Source: Vitrella brassicaformis CCMP3155 (taxonomy: Eukaryota; Protista; Chromerida). Taken from it: DNA of 64,000 nt. The stretch spans positions 1 to 64,000 of the forward strand of contig CDMY01000234.1 in NCBI GenBank assembly GCA_001179505.1, read 5' to 3'. Made by a program: the position numbers and the translations under genes. The notes beneath the pieces are model-generated. The model searched no databases. It was not told where the DNA came from and saw only the letters and a list, made by a program, of their open reading frames with translations. The number at the start of each line of letters is the position of its first letter. Position 1 is the first letter of the stretch. This document shows positions 49,618 to 60,672 of the stretch, piece by piece.

Positions 49618-50672
49618 ATGAGCAGCATAGAGCGGTGGGAGTCGCCCGACACCAAACATGCCGACATAGAAGAGGTCGGCGCATCGGACAGCAGAGAGTC
49701 AAGCAAACACATGAGTGTGTCTGGCAATGTGTGTGTTGGCTGCAGATCTTATACTCGCAGGATGTGTTGAAGAAGCGCATAGCGGAGCTGGGCCGCGAGT
49801 TATCAGAGGCCTATGAGGGGCAGCTGCCCCTCTTCGCGGGCGTCCTCACCGGCGCATTTGTGTTCTTCGGGTCAGCTCAGACCAGACAGAACATCGATGG
49901 ACCACCCGCCACACGTGGGTCTGTGTGTCTGTGTGTTGTGTGTCGTGCCGTCAGGGATTTAGTGCGTGCGATAACGATTCCCATCGAGGTCGATTTTGTG
50001 GCGGCCCACTCGTACGGCCATGGGATGGAGTCGTCGGGCAAACTCGACATCAAAAAGGACTTCAGGATCGACCCGAGTCAGCTCACACAATCAACGTGTG
50101 CCTGTGTAAGTTGGCTCGTGTGTGTGTGTGTGTGTGTGTGTGTGGTTCAGAGGGCCGTGAGGTGGTGTTGGTCGAGGACATCGTTGACACCGGTTTGACG
50201 CTCAACGTGCTCTCGAAGCACATCATGGACAGGGGGGCCAAATCTGTCAGCATATGTAAAGGCACACACACAGACACACACACACACCGAAAGAGAGAGA
50301 GAGAGAGAGAGAGAGGGAAGGAGGATACCTACTGTGTCTGTGTCTGTGTTTCTATCAGGCACGCTGCTTGACAAGAGGGCGCGTCGAGCGGCGCCGGTGC
50401 CGAACCTCAAGTTCATCGGATTCGACTGCCCGGACCAATTTGTCGTCGGTTACGGGTGCGCCAACCCCCCCCCCCACACACACAGCCATTCACACTCGCA
50501 TGTGTGCATGTTGTGCCATGCTTCCTTCAGCATCGACTGGGCGGAGCGGTATCGGTATCTGCCGTATGTGGGCTACCTGCGGCCGTCGGTGTACTCGAAG
50601 GCCATCTCGGAGCAGGAGCCGGCCCAGGACAGATTTAGGGAGGAGAAAACAGGATGCAGAAATGGCTGCTGA
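49618..50672 (+). CDS. HPRT: Hypoxanthine(-guanine) phosphoribosyltransferase, bacterial Hpt-like
   Basis: Exon 1 (49618-49674, MSSIERWESPDTKHADIEE) joins ILYSQDVLKKRIAELG, followed by GVLTGAFVF, AHSYG, the PRPP loop VVLVEDIVDTGLTL, TLLDK and FVVGYGIDWAERYRYLPYV. Confidence 0.96.
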
Positions 50673-51188
50673 GTTAGGGGCGGTGGGCAGTGGACGGTCA
50701 CACATTCCGTATGCGGCCCGAGAGGGTGGGAGGTGGCTAGCCAGCTGTGGTGCGTGCGTGTTTGGGCGACAGCTTTTTCCGCCGGCCCTTATTTTTCTTT
50801 TTGGGGCACAAACAGTAGCAGCCCGTTCTGTTTGTTTGGCTGCACATGTTTCCTGCTTTCAGTCTTGCCTAACAAACTCCATGGTGATGCCTTGTGCGCA
50901 GCACTGAGGTGTGCCGCTGACACTGCGTCACCAGCAGGCTTGGAAGGCGAACTGAATGCAGCGACGTGCAGCCAGCCAAAGGGAGTGCATCGAAGATATG
51001 ATAGAGGCAGACACTCTCTGTTTGATGGATGAGCATGAGGAGAGTGGTTTTCGTTTAGTCGCATGATGGCATAGCACAGCAGACACTGTCGACGGCCGGC
51101 TTTGGTAGCTACTAGCGGGTGGCCCCAAGGTAGGAGTGGTTGCGTATCTTCGTGTCCATTCATCCTGCGTGTCTTGATTTATTTGTCG

Positions 51189-51272
51189 TTTCGTTTGCTG
51201 ACCGTCCTTTTGTGTGTGTGCGTGAGTGTGGGTTGGCGAGTGGACACGTGTCAGGCTGAGAGGAAATGCTGT
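51189..51272 (+). repeat. ~85-bp dispersed repeat, copy 1 (same orientation as 56125-56210)
   Basis: tttcgtttgctgaccgtcctt...gggttggcgagtggacacgtgtcaggctgaga.gaaatg.tgt is present at both loci with few substitutions or indels. Confidence 0.92.
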
Positions 51273-51639
51273 GAGACACACACACGGCTTAAAATCATGA
51301 CTCGACTGGCAGGGATTGTCTGGTCATCCGCCAGTCGCTGCCTGTGGAGTGAGAAATGAGGGAATGAACGCGTGACATGCTCACTGGATGGCTGTACAGG
51401 GGTTCACGCATATCATGCAGGGAGGTCATGATGTCATGCAGATTTGCCATGAGTCATGACCACATGCACAGGCACTCGACAATACACACCCTTTTGCTAC
51501 ACACCCGCTCGTGCCTCATGCCGGCCCGCCGTCACCGTATCAGCTGCAGACAGGAAGCAGTGACGACATCGAGTGTGTCTGCAGAGGGCCAACGTGGCGC
51601 CTGTGTGTCTTGTATGGTGACGTGTGCCGTATGGTCGAC

Positions 51640-53645
51640 TCAGCCACTGCCCGCCTGCACACACACAGGCAAACATGGCGCCGCCTCAGCACATGCAGCC
51701 ATGAGTGCTGTGTGCCCTCCCCGCCCTCACCTGTTTGATGTGCCATATCTCAATCTCGCTCGCTGTGAAGTCACGGTGCGCCGCCAGCGTTCCACTCCCA
51801 CTCTCACTGATCTCGCCTCTGTACCCCCGCGGCAAGGACTCCCTGTTGATCCACAGCTGGCAGCTTCTGATGTCGGCTGCCTGACCAGGCCGGGCCCACC
51901 CGAGCCACAGACATGCAGCGCCGAAGGCGATGACCATGTTCGCGTTGCGGTCCGTGTTGATGGCCTTTGCCGCCCCCCGTGTGCCGGCCACGCTCAGCCA
52001 CTGCCTGTCCTCGGGTATCTCGATCTTGCGCGGCACATCATACGCGCCCGACAGCCAGTAGAAGAAGACGGGCACCTTGTACGCGTTGCTCTGTGTGGGG
52101 TTGGCTGGCGGGGTGAGTGGGCCGTCGAGGAAGCAGCCGAATCGGTGTGTGTCGCCATCTCGGAGGGCGAAGAGCAGGCCGCTCTTGCCCGCCACACACT
52201 GGAGCATCTTGGGGAACGCATACGTGTCGCGACTGCCCCTGAGGGATGGAAGGCACACAACGCATACACACACTGGCTGTCGTCTGCTCTGTCTGTCGTA
52301 CTTGTATAGCAGCGATGGCGCCGCTGCGATCTTCTTGTTCGTCATGTTCATCACTGATGTCCACTCGTCAGCCCTCTCGATGACGGTACTCTCTGACGGC
52401 ACCGTGTTGAGGCCGTACATACCCAGCTCGACGCCGAACACCTCCTTCTCGTGGGGCGCGACGACCGGCGGATGCACAAATCGCCCGTCTGGCATGACGG
52501 TCAGCCTGCGGGCGAAGTCCACGGTGAGTTGCAGGAACTCAAGGGACGTCTGATGCACATCCTGGTCGGGCCACTGAGTCCTGAACCGCAGGAAAACGGC
52601 ACACACGCAGGAAAGAGATCGAATGGTATGCGTGTCGGGGGTCTGGTCTCCTTTCGTACGGATCGAAACGCTTGACAAGTGCGTGAGTCGGTCCGAGGGG
52701 TGCGATGGTGCGGCGGAGAACCGACACCTTGTCCTCACACACAGTCAGCGTCACCACCTGGTCACTCTCACCGCTGCTATCTCCCTTGACGAAGGGTCGC
52801 ATGGCCGTCAAGAAGGCCGCCATCCCCTCCTTCTGCTTCCGCAGCCAGGCGAGGGCTCGGCGGTAGCTCTTGGTGTAGTGCTCCATCTCCCGAAACGCAG
52901 CCTCGGCCGCTGACTCACTCACACCCTCCTCACCACCCTCGCCCTCCCCCGCCCCCGCCCCGCCCCCGCCGCTACCGTCAGCCATCTCTACATCCCGCTG
53001 CTCGCCTCCCCCTCCAGCTGCCGCTGCTGCTGCTGCCGAGGCGCTCGGCGCCTGTGGCTGCTCCTCGATGTCACCGCCCAGCTTTTGCATGAACAGCGAA
53101 TGATACTCGGCGTAGGAGGGGTCGTCGCTCTTGGGAGGGAGGAGGGGGGTCTCGTTCAGGTGAGGGCTCTCGAGCAGCGCCAGCTGGTCGCGCAGCCATT
53201 TGAAGTAGGGCGGGTGCATCTCGAGGTACGGCAGCTTGTTGGTGTCCTTGGGCAGGGCGTCGATGAAGTGCAGCAGCAGGGTGGAGAGGTAGGTGAGCTT
53301 CATCCTGGGGTGAAGGAGCCGCTGGATGGGCATGGCAATGACAGTGCCGCCCACGTTGAGCCTCAGGTTGCCGCTTGTCTTATCCACCTTCAGCTTGCCG
53401 CCATTTCCGAGAATCATCTGGCTGATCTCACTTGCCAGCCCCTCGACCGCCGTTTCAGCCGAAGCGGCCGCCTGTTTGAGGCCGTCAATCGACGCAGCCA
53501 CGTCCCTGACGAGCACATCACCCTCCTCGCGGCCGGTGATGACGCCATGCAGCCGAAATGGGGCGATTGACTCATCGGCTACTTCACTGTCGTCATTCTT
53601 TCGCTTCTTCGTGCCACCAGCTCCTGCTGCGGCGGCCGACATCAT
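51640..53645 (-). CDS. BTB/POZ-like + TLDc domain protein (family copy 2)
   Basis: LRLNVGGTVIAMP...LPKDTNKLPYLEMHPPYFKWL (BTB-like). TLDc motifs LLYK-GSRD, LLFALRDGDTHRFGCF, FFYWLSGAYD, FTASEIEIWHIKQ. Terminal micro-exon AGSG* at 51654-51640. Confidence 0.85.
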
Positions 53646-53761
53646 GGGAAATCGTTTGCCCTGCCGGGAAAGAGCTTGCCCTATCCCAGTGACGTGAAAC
53701 ACATCTTGAGCCCCAAGATGGATCGTGGCGCTGTGTCGTTCGTTCGTTTGTTTAGTTGACG

Positions 53762-55808
53762 ATGTTGTCGAAGAAGCGTAAGTTCGAGTCGCCTGCGACT
53801 GCTGCGGCAGCGGGCGGCGATAGCGACGAGTTTGAGCCGCTCCCAACCATCGGCCGCCAACGAATCGATGAAGCGCTCAAGGAGGCCGACGAATCGCTGG
53901 CGACGATTGAGCAGAACGCCAAGCAGATGAGGAGAAAGCTGCGCGAGCAAGCAGCGATGATTCGCGGGCTTATCACGAGCAGTGGAGGGCAGCTGATGGT
54001 GACGGGGCGACTGGATGATGAGATAGAGATCAAAGTGGGCGGGACGGTGCTGTGTGTGCCGCGCAAGCCGCTGCTGCTGCCCGGCGTGAGTGAGAGCATC
54101 ATCGCATATCTGCTGCTGTACCATCTGGAGGGGCTGCCGAAGGACACGGAGGGGCGGCCCTTCCTCGATGCTGACCCTGTGTACACAGATTGGTGAGCTA
54201 AGCGAAAGAAACAAGGAAGAATGGGCCTGCCAATCTGATGCTTGCTGTGTGTCTGTGTCAGGTTGTTTGACGAGATCGCTAAGGTCGGCTCTGCTGATGC
54301 GCAGCGCGAGACTCATGAGATCGTCCTGGCCCCCCCACACGACACCGACAGCTCGTCGCTCTTCTGGCACTCACTCCTCTTCGCGTCCAAGACCGGCCTC
54401 GACATCCACATGCCCGCAGCCGCACCCTCGCCAGACGGTGACGACCATGACAACATGCATGTGGACGAGGCACAGCAGCTTGAGGGCGGGGAGGCGGCCG
54501 AGGGTGGTGAGAAGGGTGACGCAGTCGACGGCATGGCGGCACTCAGCAAGAGCATCGCAAGCCTGGATGCGTCAGTGGGTCGGCTGGGCGCGGCCGAGGA
54601 CCGCTTGATGCAGTTCTCCAAGCTCGTGAAGCCGCTGCTGGCGTCGGGGGTGGGGCAGGGGGATGAGATAAGGAGCGTGCGTGTTCGGGGCAAGACAGTG
54701 TCGACCACCGAGGCCACACTGTCGCATGCTGGCCGCGACAAATGACTCTACACGACATTCCACGAGTGGGGACACAACACCGATCGAACAGACGGGAGAA
54801 GCTGCATGGCCGCTCTCATGTTCTCTCTCTGTTTTGCAGCGGTGCGGCTGTCCAGAGTACTTCATCTGAGCATCTCTTCAGAGTGGTCGACTTTGCCCGG
54901 AGAAAGCGCATCACACAGCCCGACTGCCTCGTCATGCCGCCGGCGGCAAGCAACGCCAAGCAGATGCAGGTCGACACCGAGATGTATGGGTTGAAGCACG
55001 AGCCCTTCTGCAGCGGCCTGGCGGGGGGCGACTTGGTGATCGAGACGGCCGAGGAGTGGGACGAGGTGCTGAAGATGACGGGCAAGACCTCGCCTATGCC
55101 GTCACTCCTATACAAGTATGCGAGCACTCATACGTGTGCGGTCACGGACAACAACTACACCTGGCAGACACCGTCTTTGTGTGTATTGCTCCTGTGCCAT
55201 CCATCCCTCAGGGGCAGTCGCGACACGTATGCGTTTCCCAAGCTGCTCCAGTGTGTGGCGGGCAAGAGCGGTCTGCTCTTTGCCCTCCAAGATGGCGACA
55301 CGCACCGATTCGGCACCTTCATCGACGGCCAGATCGTACCCCCTGCTGACCCCACACAGACGACCGGCAACTACAAGGTGCCCCTCTTCTTCTACTCGCT
55401 GTCGGGTGCGTACGACGCGCCGACCAAGATCGAGCTGCCCGAGGAGAGGCAGATGGTGGAGGTGGCCGGCACACGGGGGGCGGTCAAGGCCAAGAACGTG
55501 GACAGGCATGGGAATCTGTGCATTGCTCGCGGCCACCTTTGGCTCGGGATGGCCAAGCCTGGTCCAGCGGCCGACGTCAGCAGCTGCTCTCAGTTGCTCA
55601 ATGAGCAGTACCTGCCGGGGGGGTACAGAGGCGAGATCAGTGAGAGCGGGTATGGGAGGCTGGCTGCTCAGCGTGACTTCACAGCGAGCGAGATTGAGAT
55701 ATGGCACATCAAACAGGTGAGGGCGGGGAGGGCACACAAGACGCCACTCATGGCTGCATATTGATCACATCATACTTGCCTGCGTGTGTGCAGGCGGGCA
55801 GTGGCTGA
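53762..55808 (+). CDS. BTB/POZ-like + TLDc domain protein (family copy 3), head-to-head with copy 2
   Basis: EIKVGGTVLCVPRKPLL...LPKDTEGRPFLDADP (BTB-like). The TLDc region is highly similar to copy 2 and has the same terminal micro-exon AGSG* (55794-55808). Confidence 0.85.
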
Positions 55809-56124
55809 GTCGGCCGTACGGCACCACATCAACACAGCAGACACACAGGTGAGAGGTTAGGCAGCATCACCGCTCTCTACCTGCCGTCTACTCTGTGTCG
55901 TCACTGCTTCGTGTCTGCAGTTGATGCGTTTGCGACAGTCCGGCAGGAGCACGAGCCGGTGTAGCGAGACGGCGTGTGTGTGTGAATCGGTGTGCATGTG
56001 GATGTGACCATGATACATGTGTGTGGGTGCGTGGCTTTATGACTGATGATTGCATTTATCAACCCGTGCACAATTAACCGATTTATCCACCATCACCTAT
56101 CAGACACACCGAAATGGAATGTCA

Positions 56125-56210
56125 TTTCGTTTGCTGACCGTCCTTATGTGTGTGCAGGTGAGTGTGAGGGTTGGCGAGTGGACACGTGTCAGGCTGAGAT
56201 GAAATGTTGT
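56125..56210 (+). repeat. ~85-bp dispersed repeat, copy 2
   Basis: Direct-orientation match to 51189-51272. Confidence 0.92.
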
Positions 56211-56732
56211 CCGGCACACACTCAGATATATCACTTGTGAGACACAGAATACATGTCAGTCATTGTCAGTCAACCAAGCAGCGTGCTGATGTGAGTCCGT
56301 CTACTTGACCCTACACACTTCCTGGCTCCTTCATAGACAGACAGACAGACAGACAGAGAAAGAGAGACATCGCGGCCTCAAAAAACGCGACGCTCCATCA
56401 GCCTTGAACCCCATCATCGCTCACGACATCAGGCAAGACAACACTCACACACACACACGTGTGCAGCTCTCTTGGCCATACTATAAACGCCCCCGCCCAG
56501 TGAGTGCACAGGTATTTATTTCTTCCCTGACTAAGAAACAACAGATACACACATGACACACATGACTCAGGCCAACGATCATTGTCTCTGAACGAACACT
56601 CACTCACACCCTCAGCAGACAGACACACACGCCGACTCATCAGCTGAAACGACCCGACTTGTGACGTTCACATGGCCACCCACTGGCAGATGAGCATCGC
56701 CATGGCCACCCCGCCCCACAGTGACCACCCCC

Positions 56733-58514
56733 TCACTCTGCATCATGCTTCAACACCTCCACCTCATCAGCAGTGAAGACGAAGGCACCGCCAAGATAAG
56801 CATCACCAAACTCGTTCCTCACCCCCTTGTAGCCCTCAGGCACATAGCGGCTGGCGATGGCAGATTGCGCCTGCTCGACGTCAAGCCGATCTTCACCCAT
56901 AAACGACCAATCCGACATGGTCCCATTCAACGCAAAGCCACGGAGCTCCAGCCCTCCCACGGGGCGGTCCAGGTCATCGTTGAACTGCGGAAACCACAGC
57001 TCCACCCGATCTTGTGCCTCCTGTAGGAGCTGAAATCTGGTCGGCTCATCGAAGTGGCCCGACAGCGAAAAGTACCACAGGTAAGCCCCCGACGGCGGTG
57101 TCGGCGTGACCAGTCCCTCCGACAGCGATGTCGGAGGGGGCGGCTTCTGGTCGAATTGGGCCCACAAGCTGACATAGGTGCCGCACACGTATGGGGCCTT
57201 GCGGATGAGGAACACGGTGCCGGCCTCCGCCGACCAGCCCTCACGCACCTTGTCGGCGCCTATGAGGCTGAACATATCATGAAGTGTACTGCCGTCTGCA
57301 GAGGACCTGACATACACACAAAGCAAACAATCAGACAGACAGCCAGACAGCCAGACAGCCACCATACACATGTGTGTGGCCTGGCTGGTTGGCAATAAAC
57401 TTGTTGATAGACATACCGGTAGATTGAAGTGAGTGTCTTGTTGTCTCCCAAGAGGTCACGGAGGCCGTCATACTCGGAGGCTGACAGGGACGAGCCGTCC
57501 ACAGGTGACGGAGAGCTGTTCGCCGCTGGTGGGGGTGCGACTGGCGTCACAAGTGCTTCTTCGGGCACCGTGGCTCGTGTCGACACCGCATGCAGCACCT
57601 CCACCTCATCAGCTTCGAAGAAACGGTCGCCACCAAACCAAGCCTCATATTCGCTGCCCCTCTCTCCCATAAAAGCCTCGCCATCGGTCTCTCTCACACC
57701 CATGTAGCCCTCAGGCAGATAGGCGGCTGCCGTCCGCTGGAAGCAGCTGCGGGTGTCATTGGATCCATTTGGAAAGTGAACTCCTCTCGCGCAGTCCCCC
57801 ATACATATCGTCCTGACAGTCAGCGACAACCGCCCTTCGCTCCAGTCAGCTCGCCCAAAAAACACCCGTTGCTTGGGGAACGGGGCCATGATCTTGGTCG
57901 GCACGTCGAAGTGGCCCGCCAGCGAGAACTGCCACATTTCACATGCGTCAGGGGGATCAGTCACACCGAAACGCTCTTCAGCCAGGGCGATGCCGCAGTT
58001 GATGGATGTGCCGAACACGTACTGGTCCTTCCGGACGACGAAGACGAGCGGCTCGCTGTCGCCCACACGGTCCAGCAGATCGTCGAATGTGCTGCCATGC
58101 ACTGATGCCCTGCCACCCACCCACAGACAGACAGACAGACAGTGTGACGATATGGTTGTTTGGCTCCTTGGCACACCTACCGGTAGAGTGAGGTGAGGTT
58201 GGTATCATTGCCCAGCAGGCTAATCAGACCCTCGTACTCTGACGCTGACAGCGATGTGTTGGCTGGCAAACCGACCTGCAGACGACGAACCTGACACAGA
58301 CAGACAGACAGACAGCCACCAGAGATGTGATCAGCCACAGACAGACAGACAGACAGGCATTGAGTGCAATGAGAGTGCATCAGGAGCTGAGCTGATGCCG
58401 TGTGTGTGTGAGATCTACCTGGGCAGTGCTTCTCGGGCGCACGAAGGCATGGCAGCACGCCACGCAGAGGGCGAGCAGGACGGACAAAGCCAACAGCATC
58501 ACGCCACGCACCAT
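56733..58514 (-). CDS. Signal-peptide-bearing protein with two tandem TLDc domains
   Basis: Exon 1 is MVRGVMLLALSVLLALCVACCHA-FVRPRSTAQ with a phase-0 donor. Two TLDc units follow: LTSLYR-ASVHGSTFDDLL...VFVVRKDQYVFG...WQFSLAGHF...FEADEVEVL and LTSIYR-SSADGSTLHDMF...VFLIRKAPYVCG...WYFSLSGHF...FTADEVEVL. The 3' end may have an extra small exon. Confidence 0.8.
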
Positions 58515-58758
58515 CGTTGGGGGGAATCAATGGGAGAGGGCATTCTGTGAAACAAAGCTGAGTCAGAACGTAAACTCCGGGCGGTTTCGCGTTCTCTTTC
58601 GCCCGTCTCCCCGGAGTCAGACGCATTCTGCTACCTTCTTCCCCCACCGTCAGATTTCACCATGTCGGTCGGCGTCTGCCTACCTCTCTGCCGCACCAGC
58701 TTCTCTTGTTGCTGCCTTGGTGCTGTCAGCGGCCCTCCTGTCTGCAGCGACAAGAACA

Positions 58759-59620
58759 ATGACGATCAAATGCGGTGTGGCGGTGTATGTGTCGGCTCTC
58801 CTGGCCGCCTGCTATGTGCCCATGGCGGCGGGGAAGGGGGGCGTCTGTTCCATCCGAGATGACCCCCTCCCCGAGTGCACAAGCGGCTTCGTGCATCACA
58901 CCGACGCCGGCAAGTGCGTCAAGCCGTTCCGCCACCAGCCGCACTACTACTGCGCTGAGCAGGTAGGCACACACACCCACACACACATGACAAGACGTCG
59001 TGACTCATTTGTGTGTCTGTCGGTGTGTGTCTTAGGGTTATGTGGTGGAGGGCAATCAGTGTGTTCTGTATCAGTACGCCGACGGCACCTCTTTCTGCAG
59101 GGACCCCCACACGACTCTGTCGGGCACCATGCACCACAGAGGAGACCTGCCCTCCCGACTACAGGTGCCGCTTCGGCTACCAGCTGACAGCCGACGTGCC
59201 CACCGACACGTGTGCATCATCACCCAAACGCACCCGGCTGACTTCAGCTGCCCCTTTGGCTGCGATCCGAGCGGCGACAAGTGCGTCGCCAAGCACTTCG
59301 CAGAGAGACGGTAAGCAACACGGAGCAACACGGAGCAACACAGCACAGCACAGCGCTACCTCATTCACCGTCCTCATGTGTGTGTGTGTGTGTGTTGACC
59401 GATCAGTCATTCTTGTCCGGATGGCTTTGAGTTCAAGCGCGGCATTGAGCTGCCGCCGGTGTTGGGTGTCGGCCCACACGAGGAGACCTGCATCAGGGGC
59501 GACCACGGTCCCGTCCAGCACCGCTGCGCCAGGGGCAGGCCGCACTGGATCGACAACAAGCCCGTCTGCTGCATCACTTGCGGCAGTGGCCACTGGGGCG
59601 GCCAGCTGTGCCGGCAGTAG
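58759..59620 (+). CDS. Oocyst-wall-protein (COWP/OWP)-like Cys/His-rich secreted protein, 3 exons, containing an internal compensating frameshift pair
   Basis: Signal MTIKCGVAVYVSALLAACYVPMAAG. Exons are 58759-58962, 59036-59310 and 59407-59620. Repeated C-x2-G(F/Y)-x(4-8)-C modules: ECTSGFVHHTDAGKC, YCAEQGYVVEGNQC, SCPFGCDPSGDKC, SCPDGFEF. Confidence 0.8.
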
Positions 59621-60672
59621 ACACACAGACATGCGTGTCGCTGTTCTGTCGCTGAACGTCTGAGGGTGTGTGTGAGTGACTGTCCTGGTGGGGGGCGGGG
59701 AGAGGCGGTTCATGTCAACAGGTGTGCAGAGTGAGCTTTCCATAGCGGTCTGCGCTGATGCGCTCTGTCGGCGGCTGTCCAGTGGGTCTCCGCAGTGCGC
59801 GTTAGCCTGGTCTCGGTCACTCAATAGTGTTGCTGTGACACACGTGTGTGTCTGTGTTGTGAGTCGGTCTGTCTGTCTTTGTAGGACGTGGTGTGTGAGC
59901 ACATGTGCGTGGGCAGACAGGCAGGCAGGCAGGCAGGCCGGCCGGGGAACGGACGAATGGACCCGTGTGCAGCCAAAGAGAGGTGCATTTATCCATCCCG
60001 TCCATGCTTTGTCAACACACTGATGGTATGGATGGATGTGTCACAGTGTCATAGTTGGGCGGAGGGGAGGGAGGACATTGATTTGAGTGCGACAAGAGCA
60101 TCAACCAATATGCGCAGCTTGAACGAATCCGTCCGTCAGGTCAACGGAGACGATTCCCTCACCACTTGTCACACACACAAACACACTGCCACCAGCACAC
60201 CACCTTCAGCAAGGCACATATGCACCAGTCGACAGCCCACCCACTCCCGTCGTCCGTCCATCTCACTCGCTAACGCATGCAGCTGTCGCTCTGATGTCGA
60301 CACTCGCAGAACACGCAGCCACTCGACAAAACCTCACAAGTGAAGATGGGTGGGTCGGTCAACCGACACAGACAACACAGACGACACAAGCGTGTGTTGT
60401 GAGATCGTGTCTCTCCCGCAGACCGCTGTGTTTGCAGCTCTGTGGGGAAAGAGGACGTCCGGATATAAAATGGAGGCAGCGATCACTCGCCGATGAGCGG
60501 ACAACTCGACCGGCATGTGTCACAACGGACTGTGACAGCCACTTTTGAAGACGCAGCAATTGCAAAGGCAACAGACAACAGACGAGAATGGCATGCGCTG
60601 GCAGCTGACAGAAAGCAGAAGACAGAGAGAAAAAGGACGATGAACATCCATATGAGGTTCGCTGGCTGGTCG

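Noticed and set aside
16546-58758. Recurring AGATCT and CGTCA/TGACG words in divergent spacers as a shared promoter motif
   Set aside because: They are short words expected by chance at this GC content, and no enrichment test was possible.
26616-59620. Functional cluster of PIG-T with the giant surface protein and the wall protein (GPI/surface operon-like idea)
   Set aside because: The genes are separated by unrelated loci, a GPI anchor on the giant protein is unproven, and there is no shared regulatory evidence.
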